Below are positions 40,914 through 52,580 of a stretch of DNA of 64,000 nucleotides, one piece after another. The stretch is from Lytechinus pictus. Taxonomy: Eukaryota. The position numbers were made by a program, and so were the translations under genes. Positions within the stretch are counted from its first letter, which is position 1, and every line of letters begins with the position of its first letter. Under the pieces are notes generated by a model. That model made no database searches and was not told the origin of the DNA. It saw nothing but the letters and a program-made list of their open reading frames with translations. The stretch lies in NCBI RefSeq assembly GCF_037042905.1, contig NC_087249.1:6636001-6700000 (forward strand), read 5' to 3'.

Positions 40914-41145
40914 CGTTCTCAAAAACTAAATGGAATCGTGAAAGCCAGATAAATGTTCATTCACATAATCTCTGTCAATCCATGCATGATAATATGAAGA
41001 AAGTCGAAGAAAGGGATTTCACAATCCAAATTTAGAAGTTCCGTCTCCTAGTTTGACCCTGGAGAAGTCGAAGTTACTTCAACTTTCAAGCAGATATGAT
41101 AGATCAGCCACAGCATGCAGCACAGAGCGGAGACGGCTGAATTGG
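40914..41145 (-). other. Probable non-coding first exon of an unidentified minus-strand gene
   Basis: Consensus donor ACG|gtaagt at 40914, CpG-containing non-repetitive sequence, CCAAT motif near 41216; all ATGs hit stops before the donor; 5' end approximate. Confidence 0.45.
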
Positions 41146-42306
41146 GGGGGGTCTCGAGCGCAGCACAAATATCAAGAAACTACTACTATTTCTAGCCTCT
41201 GATGATAGCTAGCGACCAATAAGGTGACTGTATACTATGTGACAGAACAGCAGAATTTTCGGGGGGAAAACTCACTTCAGTAAAATAAAATCTATTCAGT
41301 AAAATAAAACAAATAATGTACATATCAGCATTCTGAACATGTAGTCAGTTACTGACTACTGGGATTCGCAATTGTTGGTCTATAATACTTCACGGTGATT
41401 CTGTTGCGTGTTTTAGCTCCATTGTCAATTCGTAGAGCACCTCAACTTCTTCTTTTGTTGCTATACTATTTGCAACCAATTACAGGTTAATTAAAGCAAA
41501 GTAATTTATACTTGTTGATGTAAGAAGCCTTTGTAGTAGGTCCATGAAGAAACACACCAAAAATCAATTGCAAATTTGCAATAAAATGCATGACTTTCAA
41601 TGTACTTTGGGACCTAAAATTGACTTGCGATCAATCGCAAGTTTCTTGCAACACCTATAGCCCCTCAACTTCTTATTATAAGAAGCTTTGAGGGGCTCGA
41701 TGAATTGGTACAATTTGTTCTACTAAAGTCCTTCCAGAAACTCTTTATGGTTCAACCAGGTAATATACAATCTCAAATCAACATCTTAAGAGTCAATTAA
41801 AACATCACTTTGATTTGAACAAATAGGTATTTGAGGGGTTTCAGCCGACGCCCCCCCCCCACACACACACACCAGCACCATCCGCATATATTGCCCACAA
41901 TAAAGGGGAGAAAATAGAAAGTTCAAGTCCAGGGATGCTGATCCTTGGCTCAGGGGGGCACAGTGCCCCTTTTTCTCAAGAAAAAAAAATTCCCTCCCCC
42001 ACCTTGGCGAATCCAGGGAGGTACAGCCGACCCGTGCCCCCCCCCCCCCCCCTTTGAGAGGCACCACAATTAAAATTTGTAATGTAAAAATGCAGTTAAA
42101 ACAAAAGTGTGCCCCCCCCCCCCCTCTTTCGAAAGTGAAGATCTTTTTTTTTTCCTGGTTTTTTTTTTTGGTTGAAACCCTTTTTTTTTTTGCTTGTCAA
42201 ATTTCTGTTCGGTAAAATGTGCCCCCCCCCCCCTTTCGAAAAATCCTGGATCCGCCCCCTGCCCTCCCCATTCCAAACGTGTTCAGTGCCCATTTTATCT
42301 TAGAAG

Positions 42307-43880
42307 CAGTGGCGTAACAGGCGGGGGGCAGGGGGGGCAAGTTGCCCCCCCCCCCCCTCCCCTGGCAGATTTCACCGGGAAAATAAAAGAAAAACGGGGG
42401 GGGGGAAAAGGAGGGAGAAAGAAAGGGAAAGGCGAAGGAAAGGGAAAAGGAAAGGAGGAAAGGGAAAGGGAAAGAAAAAAGTGAAAAGAAAACGAAGAAA
42501 AAACTTTTTTTTAATGGAAAAGGAAGGAAAGCGGGAAAATGTACGAAAGAAAATTTGAGAAAGGACAAATCATTGAGAAATAGGCCTATGAAATGCGATA
42601 GCACGGTGGGAAAGAAATTAAAAGATGACAAAAGGGCAAACAATAGCGGGAAACGAAGGTAGAATGTAATTAGTCAAAAGCTAAATTGGAAAACAAAGAA
42701 AAGGGACAAGAAAAATATAATAATAACACGACCGGGCTGCCGATGATTGAAATTAAAGAGCGGGAAGAATGGACTGCATGCAACATTGTGCTATAAGCTT
42801 GCTAAATTTTATGCAAATAAGCTACCGCGGGGCTTTGCCCCAGACCCCACGCAGTAGGGGCTCTTCATTTATAACCTTCAAATGGCTGTATAACGCCCCC
42901 CCCCCCCCGTTCAGTCACGTTCAATCACTGGCATACAGGCGCGGGGAAGGGGGGTCGTGGTTCCACACCCAAGAGGAAATAAAAGAAATTTTATAGGAGA
43001 CAACGTATAATGAAATGAATGGAAACAATGAAATGCGTTATTTGCTGAATATAATGGAAAAATCTATCACATAATTAGAATTTAATTTTAACAGGCATTT
43101 TTTTTCCAGCTCGCTTTGCACGCTGGCGATTTTTTACACAATTTTCCCACATTGCTATATTTTGCCCCGTCAAAATATTTGGTTCATTACGCAACTGGGT
43201 TGAATAAATGTGTTGTGTAGAAGCTGTATTCTGTATATGACCGCGATTTGATTAAAATTGCGGAAATCTGCGAGGTTTAAATGGCTTTGATATAAAGAAG
43301 TTCCGGCCATGGCCCCAAAAAGTTCTACAGACAAGAACAACAAAAAAGAAAGAAAGAAAAGCAAAGGAAAATTGTAGGATATGATTTTAATTACTGAATA
43401 TAATGTCAAAAATAGCTCAAAGTTAGATTCTCATGAAAATTTGATTTTTTTCTTGCTCGCTTCGCTCGCTCGTGACTTATATATAAAGCAGCTTTTTAGC
43501 ACATGTGCTATACTGCGCCCCTCGTTGTTTTTTATTTTATTTTATTTTTTTTTTTTTACTATTCACGCTACTGCTGCAAAGAATCCTGTTCACAGTGGCG
43601 TACAAGACCACCATGACAAAAAAGGAGTCTAAAGAGAGAAGAGTGAAATATATTATTCTCTGGATATTATGTCAAAATATATCACAAAATTGGATTTTTG
43701 TATTAAAAAGGTCAAAAATTTTGCTCGCTCGCTTCGCTCGCTCGCAACTTTTTTAAAGATAAATTCTGGTCTTCTCAAAATAGTCGCCTCTTTACACCAT
43801 TACGCCTGTTCATACCATGATATGACCGGGAAATTTTTGGCTCTTGCCCCCCCTGGCCACCGACCCCTGTTACGCCGCTG
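42307..43880. mobile_element. hAT-like non-autonomous element, 1.57 kb
   Basis: TIR cagtggcgtaacagg / cctgttacgccgctg, perfect 8-bp TSD cttagaag. Confidence 0.9.
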
Positions 43881-46800
43881 CTTAGAAGAACCAGTTTTCT
43901 CTGTAAACGATTGCCCTTTCGCCTTCTTATAATTGTCTATTGTCGTATCAGATAAGTTACCTTTTAAACGCTCTTTTCATGCCTTATCAGCTCCCTTTTT
44001 CCTTATATTGAGTATTTCTGTTCTCTTCTGCAAGGCTTGCATTTTTTTAAATTGGACAATCCCTTTCAAAATGTATTAATTGCCTCATTTAGCTCCTTTT
44101 CCCACACTAAATTCCTCTTCTGTAATGTGCCACTTTTCAACTCTGATCAAGTGCCCGGTGCCCAATTTGAATATACCCTTCATCGGCTGATAAATGCCTC
44201 TTTTCTTCTGTAGTTTGTTTAATTGTTTGACAGTAATGAGTGTCGTTTCCTTTCGGCAGGGGCAACGGAACAGAGAGGGGCAGGGGCATTTGCCCCCTCC
44301 CCCTCAAGAAAAATTCCATAGGAAAAAAGTGTTCTTTGTTTCAAAATGAAAATGAATGTGCACTTTGTGAGGCACTTTTTTGATATGTCGATTTTCGTTT
44401 CTGAAGTTGATTTTCTGTTGTTTGTAATAGGTGTTTCATAATAATTCCTCCTTTTTATTTACTTTCCTTTTTAGCCCCTATACAGCATTTTGTGATTTCT
44501 ACTCAACAAACATGACTGTAGTTATATGCCTAAGGTGGGCACTTGGTTTCTCACCTTATATATACTGTACACTCAGAGAAGCAAAAAAAAATGGCCCCTC
44601 AACATACTTTCCCATGTCGATGTGGCCCTATTTTTTCTTCGAGCGATAAAAAGGGTTCTTTCGGGAGGAAATTTTCTGCCGATAATTTTCTTTTCAACAA
44701 ACAAAATCATTTCGAGGGGAAGAATTTCCTTTACCTTTTTGACAAGCGCCCAAATAGATCATGAAGTAAGTTCAATTTTCCTACAAAATATACAAGATGT
44801 TGGTCTCTAGTTTTGATGTCTGCATGTTGGCTAGTTTTGTATATGGGCCCTATGGGCAATGAAATTCACCATGAGGTTAACTATAATGAAGTTGAAATTC
44901 CTTGTTTGCTAACAACGCTAAACGCCATTTACTTTTATCATGATTATTGTCTTGATATCCTAATCTATTAAAAAAATCGGTTTGCATATTTTGCAATCGA
45001 CTTCGAGATTACCAAAGACGTTAAGATTCATTGAAATTCGGGAGGGGTGCGGATCCAGTCGGATTATAGACACACTACCATTTTAGGGGGCCATACACAG
45101 GGGGGGGGGCTGACCATGATGCAAAAAGTCACAATCATAATTATGGTCATTTTTACGTTTTTTGTACACGGTTTTGGAAAAAAGTGGGGGGCTGGGGGGC
45201 TTCAGCCTGCCCCCCCCCCCGCTTCCGCGGCCCCTGAATTACAAACTGCAATTAGCAAAAAAACCAAGTAAAAATAAATATTTAAAAAAATCCACACGTG
45301 AGCCATGTTGTGCCCAATCATTTTTTTTTTGGGGGGGGGGGGGACTTCTGCCTTATTTAGTCGGTCCTTTTATTTTTTGTTTCAAATTTGGCCCGATGAC
45401 CTGTAAACTGGCTGAACAAGTATAATGAATTATTTTGCCTTGTACCTTTTTATAGGTATACTGCGTTAGTTTTGAATCTTTCTCATTCTTCGCTCACCCC
45501 CCCCCTCTCTCTCTCTTTCATTATTTGTCTACTTTCCCTCTCATTCTTTACCTTGCGATTTCTCTATACACGCTTATCTTTGGCTAATTGGCTTTTCCTT
45601 TGGAGTCTAAATTTTTTGTAAGTGTCCGATCTCCTTGATTGCTAAACCTGCAGACATTACAAGCTCAGCTGTTTTATGCAGGTTCTTTTATATTTCACTT
45701 TCATTTATTGCCATTATAACCTTCTGTATTCTGTATATAATCAAATGTATTTCTTGTATTATGTTATTATATCTTGTGATATATTTTGTGAAGTATGAAA
45801 ATATATTCAATTTAATTCAAATAACAGGGGCCATGGAACGGTTTCGAAAGTGGAGGGGGGGCTGACCATGCAAAGAAACCATAATCAGATGGTCATTATT
45901 ACGTTTTTGTACAATAATTTGGAGAAAAAATTGGGGGCTGAAGCTGAAGCTGAAGCCCCCAAGCCCCCCCCCCCCTCCCCGGTTCCGCGGCCCCTGAATA
46001 ATGTAGGCTAACGAAAGCGATCCATTATTATTTTGGTGTATGCCAGTTAGTCAGGAGACTAAAATTGATTTTAGTATTAAAAAAACAATTTTTGGCTCGC
46101 TCGCTTTACTCGCTTTAATTTTAAAATTAGTTTTGCCCATTTTAGACCCATTATGCCACTGACCTCCGCCCAAACTAAAAAAAAAAAAAATCCCTCACAA
46201 GAGAACAAAATAGCTCCCCAACCATGAATACCGATCGACCCCTGTGCCCCCTATCGCTTGCCATTATACTAGTACAAGTATGCTTATGTTGATGTAGATG
46301 GCGCTCTATTATTTTGATCAAAGTTCACCTAAAGTCCTATTGGTCGCTATCGGGTACGCTACATCTCGAGGAAACGACTGAAAACAATTACTCGATCATA
46401 TCATTTTGCTAATCTAATATTTAATATATCAAGGGAGATGGAAGGGTAAACCACCAACTCCTGATGAGATAAGTGAAACGTTACTTATTAGCACAGGAGA
46501 AGAAAAGAAAATTGCGTCAGAGCAAATACGTTAACGCGACTCTATAAATATGGAAATAGTTAAAGGTTTTTAACATTAACCAAAATAAAAAGGATGAGGA
46601 AGGAAGGAGGGGGGTGGTCCCTCGTCTGGCAGCGCATGGAGTCGATCAACTGCCCTCTGTCCTGTCTGTTTATTGGTTCGTTGTTGTCGTTTCTGTCTTT
46701 AGTTTGTCTTTTTTTCTTTCTCTCGCTCTTGCTCTCCCTCTCTTTCCTTTATGTGCATGCTATTTTTCCCTATCTATTTCTCCTGTTGTTGTTGTTGTTG

Positions 46801-48013
46801 GTGTGTTAGTTTGTTCAGCATCGGTGTCTTGATTATGCAGGGGGGGTGGGGCTCATGGGGCGGGAGAATGCATTCATTCATTCCTTCCTTCCTTCCTCCC
46901 TCCCTCCATCCATTCATTCATTCATTCATTCAGTTTGCGTAGCTCTTACGTTATGTCATATCTGCATCCAGTTGTGATTTTGGATTATGTCTCTGTCCAT
47001 GTCATTTGATTTGTGCATTCACAGCCAGCTGCAATTAATTTGTTATATCATTTTGTATGAAATTTTTCTATATTATGTATGCATGAATTTCATTTGAAGT
47101 GAATGAGTAACACAGATTACTTCAAAACAAAACATCTATCTGGCCGAGGAGCGAGGTCTCTGTTAACTTGGGGGTGGCCAGGGAAAGGGGTGGTGTCACA
47201 GTATGGGGCATCGCAGAATACCACAAATTTACCATACTCTTTATGAAAAGGCTCAGTTATAGACTGGTTTAGTGATTGAAAAAAAAAATGCCCTGCATGT
47301 CGCGTCGGCTATCCCCGGATGGCTTGAAAAGCAATTTATATTCATTTTATAATCATATTCTCTTTTGATTAGAGCCCCTTCTTTGATTTAAGGGGAGGGG
47401 GATCCTTTTTTCTGAATGTCAAAATGTCACATTCACATTACAATATCAAATAATACCGATAGGTTAGTACTATCTAGCTTGAAACGATGATCCGGGATAG
47501 ACTATAGAAGCCTTAGTAGGGGACCAACGAGCAGGGTCGTCCCGCCTCTCTTTAACTTCAAAAACTTCATGGCAAGCAAAAAAGTATGAAAAAGAAACGA
47601 AAAATAAAATGGCAAAAACGCGAAAATGTCTATATTTTCTAAAAGGTACCATGAATAACCTAGCAATAACCGAGGGGGTCACGTTCCCTCCCTCGAGTTA
47701 GGTTCCTCTGTAGTGACCCCCCCCCCGAAAAAACAACCCAAAACGGGTTATAAGGGTTTTTTAACGGAAAAATGTCAAAGAGAGTTATGGAAACCTATAT
47801 TTGTAAAAGTGCCCCCTCGGCCAATCCCTGATTTACCACCGTAAAAAAGTTTACAGATATAAAATCCTGACATTGAAGGATCATCATCAAAAACAAAGAA
47901 ACATAAGAAAAAAATAATATAACATAAGCAAAACATAGAAACAACATAGAGCTCCATGGTAACAACGAGGGATTAAAAAAAAACACCCGTATGCATGGAT
48001 GTTGATCCCGGGG

Positions 48014-51000
48014 GCGAAATTATTTTTCCCACCGAGTTCTGGACCAACATATGAATATTCATGACTTGCGTCTTCGGATTGAGAGTACGCATGCGCGTGG
48101 ACTCGGCCTCGACCAGTGCCGATCGTAAGCATTCACGTTGCTCAGAATGAATTTAGCATCGTCAAATTACCGGTACCCTTACATAGTTACATAGGCCTTA
48201 TAGGCTTAGATCTATATATATATATATACATCCAATTCTTAAACACTTATCAAACTTGCTGCCATTAATGGCAAGACATGTGCTAGGGTAGGGCTAGCTA
48301 AGGCTAGCGCATTAACTTTACCTCAAATCTGGACCTGTCTAATGCCTAATACTATTAGGAATAGCCGACTAATGCCATGGTCAACTTCGAACTTGTTAAT
48401 TCCGAACTTTACGTTTGATTAGGTTTGGACCAATATTAGCTTATTTACCATGGTTTAATATGTCTAGTCCGTATACAGAACCAGTCCTAGATCTAAAACA
48501 AATATCTTAGTTCTAGTCTAGTCTCTGGATCTAGACTCTGATCTACGCGCTATCAGCATGGAACCACTAATGTACCAAAGGGGGGGGGGGGGCAGACTGC
48601 CCCCCTGACGATCGGTCACAACTGATCCAGGGGACGTGCCCCCCCCCCTTGAGAAGCCAAATTAATAATTTGTAATGTCAAAATGCAACGAAAAAAGACG
48701 TATGTCCCCTCTTTTGAACGTGAAGATCTTTTTTTTTTCTTGTCAAATTTTTTTCAGCTACGAAATCCTTAATTTTGGGTGAAGACGGGGATCAAGATCA
48801 CTGACGTTAATTTGTGCCTGACGTTAGAATACGTTCCATGCACGCACTGGTGTACCTAGGATTTTCCAAAAGGGGGGCAAATTTTTTAGAGGATATTTCG
48901 TCCGCGAAAAAATGTGGCAAGCCCCTCCCCCCCCCCCAAAAAAAGGGTCTTTTTTTTAGATCTAGGACTGGTTTTGTATACGGACTAGACATATTAAACC
49001 ATGGCAAATAAGCTAATATTTGTCTAAACCTAATTAAACGTGAAGTTCGGAATTAACCAGTTCGAAGTTTACCATGGCATTAGTCGGCTATTAAGTGTTG
49101 TAGTCAAGGCTCAAACCTCCAAGGCCAAGGCTTTAATACCCAAGGCCAAGGCTTCAATACCAAAGGCCAAGGCCAAGGCATGGAAACCCAAGGCCAAGGC
49201 CTGAAAATCTCAAGGCCAAGGCATTTCAAACTTACGATATACAGAACAATGAACTAACAATACTTAGGCGGCAGACATCACACATGGTAAAATGTATGTG
49301 AGCGAGGTGACGGAGCGAGATAAAAAATTTACCTTTGTACATTTAAAACAAAAATAATTTCATGATAGAGACATATTAAAATAATGATATAGTTACCTGT
49401 GTACACATAATCCATAATTTTTCTATAAGCGATTTACATTGCAATAATTATTATTACCACGGTCATCTGATCCTGGCATTCTCAACGTATGTTTTTCTCC
49501 ACTCCCTGGGACAGGGGCAGCAGAAAATTATTATGGGGGGGGGGGGGGTCAACGCCAAAAAGGCACCCATTTATCAAAATGAGTTTTTTTGTGCAAACAG
49601 ATACATGTATTTTCAAAATGAGATTATGAATATTAATACACATGATTATTAATACTTATTGATAATATTAATAATTATTGATTACTAAATTATTTTTTGT
49701 TAATTATTATTTCTTGAAACCATATTGACACAAAAACAAATACGTTGTTTATTTCCTTGAAACTGTAGAGAAATGAGATTCAATGTTGAACGATATATGA
49801 TTAAAAAGAAGTAAACATTTTTTCCCCTTTGTTTTGTCAATCTGACCCAAAACAAATATAAAATTTAGAAGAGAGATAGAGAGAAGAAGAAGTCCCACCA
49901 CCAAGAATAAACTTAGACAAGGGGGGAAAGGAAAAGGAAAAGATGGAGTAAATGTGATATTATTTTTTAAACAATCTATTGCAAAATTAGCTTTTCTTAT
50001 AGAAAGAGGGGGACAAATTTTGTTCACTCGCTCGCTTCAATCGCTTTCTTCTTTTTTTTGACAGAAATTTTGCTCTATATATGCCATGCTTGGCCCCTCA
50101 AAGTTTCTGGCTCATCATGCCATTGACATAACCCATTTGGATATGACAAAATTGGAGACTGTGTTCAAGTTTACCAAATCTTTTCAGAATATCATTAAGA
50201 CTTAAAACATTCTTGTTGGCCAAAGAAAATAATACAAGGAAAATCCTAATGGAATAGAAATCAACCTTGTTATCGTTCTTTAGAGTTAGCTATGTTTAAA
50301 GTATGAAAATTGTTGTCAAAATTGCAGTCAGATGTAAAAATTATTCTTGTCATCAAAGCACTATTATCTTGATCATGACCATTATTATTTACTGTCATTA
50401 TCATCATATGATAACAACACATTACCAATACATAATGCTATTTTTCACAACTGATGTATTCTTTGTTTGAATTTCATGATAATGGTGACAATTACAATTG
50501 ATGACACTGCTAGTACACTTACTACTGCTGCTGCTACTGTTACTGGTGATTGGTATATAGTATTGACCATTAGTGTTATTAAATATATATTAAAAAAAAA
50601 ACAATTGAAACATAATTACTTATTTAAAACAAATGAAAGTACAAAATACAAAATGCCTTGAAAATGCCTTAAAATTTCAAGGCTCAAAATCCTCAAGGCC
50701 AAGGCCCTCTCAAGGCCAAGGCTTTGAAAAAGTAGCTAGGCATTAAGGCACCTTAAGGCCAAGGCCGAGCATCAAGGCACCATACAACACTGATTAGTAC
50801 TAGGCATTAATTAGACAGGTCCAGATTTGAGGTAAAGTTAATGCGCTAGCCTAAGCTAGCCCTACCCTAGCACATGTCTTGCCATTAATGGCAGCTAGTT
50901 TATTAAGTGTTTAAGAATTGGATATATATATATATAGATCTAAGCCTATAAGACCTATGTAACTATGTAAGGGTACCGGTAATTTGACGATGCTCATTCA

Positions 51001-51135
51001 TTCTGAGCAACGTGAATGCTTACGATCTGGCACTGGTCGAGGCCAAGTCCACGCGCATGCGTACTCTCAATCCGAAGACGCAAGTCATGAATATTCATAT
51101 GTTGGTCCAGAACTCGGTGGGAAAAATAATTTCGC
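48014..51135. mobile_element. MULE/foldback-like element with ~485-bp TIRs, right arm interrupted
   Basis: Left arm 48014-48498 is the reverse complement of 48954-49092 joined to 50793-51135; flanks atcccgggg / atcccgcgg are an 8/9 match to a 9-bp TSD. Confidence 0.85.
49093..50792. mobile_element. hAT-like insertion with (caaggc)n subterminal arrays
   Basis: Ends agtgttgta / tacaacact(g); caaggc repeats at both ends; interrupts the foldback arm; TSD not recognisable. Confidence 0.75.
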
Positions 51136-51284
51136 ATCCCGCGGGGGGGGGGGGGGGGTGGGGGGATATATTCCCCCAATGTTTCAGGTAGGGAATTGCG
51201 CCGCGTGTGTTATCATTCCCCAAGGCTCTATAGGGCCTCGTCATCATATTATTTTATAGTGAATCAAATGACAAGTATGATCAT

Positions 51285-51520
51285 CAGGGGCGGATCTAGG
51301 ATTTTCCAAAAGGGGGGGGGGGGGCACATTTACCCGAGGAAAAAATTGACAAGCAAAAACATAAAATAAAATAAAGTAAGGTCTTCACTTTCAAAAGGGG
51401 AGGGGGGTATTAAATACACTTCTGTTTTAACGGCATTTTTACATTAAAAATTTTAATTGTGCCTCTCAAGGGGGGGGGGCACGGGCCGGCTTTGCCCCCC
51501 CCCCTGGATCGGCCAGCGCA
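51285..51520 (+). mobile_element. hAT-like MITE (caggggcggatc family; relatives at about 18657 and 42000-42260)
   Basis: 8-bp TSD atgatcat, shared ggattttccaaaagggggg..gacaagcaaaaa body. Confidence 0.78.
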
Positions 51521-52433
51521 ATGATCATGATAAGGAGTACAAGATGATCAAGATCATGAAGATGGTTATGATAGTTTAGGGCTATTTACTGTCCCATATG
51601 CATCATGATGATCATCACCCCCCTGAATTTTCTTATCTATATCGTTATTGAATGAAGAAAAAAAATCCTTTCAGATTTTTGTTTTAGAAACAGATGGCAG
51701 GAGAAAAATAATCCAGGATGAAATAGAATAAATTGTCCATGTTCACGTTTTCATGCATATCATTAGAAAAAAAGATAGAAAAAAGAATTACAGATTCTCC
51801 GTAACCAAGCGCACGGAATACACCCGTTTGTTTTACCAATCTTTTGAATGTCACTTCAATTTTGTTAAAGTATTCTCGATCCAGGTTTATGTTGTAAAAT
51901 AGAGAAAATAAAAAGAAAATAGGCCTAAATGCAGTATGAAAACCGACAAGAGTCATCAAAATGGTTTATTTTCAGGTTATTTTTTCCCAAAAATTTCAGC
52001 TAGCGCTTTTTGCTCTCTACTGCTTGCATGTACGTAGTCCTCATCTAGTTTTAGAAATAAAGCTACAATATACTTCTGTTATTAGGATTACCCTCCTCCT
52101 GGCCCCGCGGGCGTACATATGTGGGGCATGGCCTGGGGGCCAATGACCCCCTCCCCCCACAACCAAGAAGGAGAAAAGATAGAAAAGGAAAAGAAAGAAG
52201 ATAGAATACGTTATATATCTTTAGATATCATGTAAAAAGCGGTTTACGTTTTTGCTCGCTCCCTTTGTTCACGAGCAGCTTTTTATAAAATTTGCTGTTC
52301 ACACAATTGCACCTTGCATTTTTTAAAGACCAATTTTAGTGCAAAAGAGTGCAAATCGAGTCTGTATTTAGACCATATTATAAGGTCTTTGATTTAGACT
52401 ACGTCTGAGAAAAAAAAAACATGATTGCACGCA

Positions 52434-52459
52434 CGCGCATGCGTAGTTTCCTTAACAAC
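52434..52459 (+). promoter_or_regulatory. DNAI1 proximal promoter: NRF1/P3A2-type site plus RFX X-box
   Basis: cgcgcatgcgt (52434-52444) directly followed by gtttccttaacaac (52446-52459), about 100 bp upstream of the ATG; RFX control of ciliary genes is established. Confidence 0.6.
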
Positions 52460-52550
52460 AGACTTTGGCTTCCGTGGTCACTGTGAGTCGATGCGACAAC
52501 TATTTTTTTCTTGAATATTATGCAATAATTAACCATTTACTTGAGGAGGA

Positions 52551-52580
52551 ATGCCAGTGAAGTCGACCAAAACGAAAGGG
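52551..52580 (+). CDS. DNAI1: DNAI1 coding exon 1 ([10 protein letters not shown])
   Basis: ATG at 52551, donor GGG|gtaata, phase 0 and in frame with the next exon; lies just downstream of the X-box/NRF1 motifs. Confidence 0.8.

Noticed and set aside
42070..42643. Lys/Gly/Phe-rich ORFs
   Set aside because: Low-complexity homopolymer tracts inside hAT-like elements
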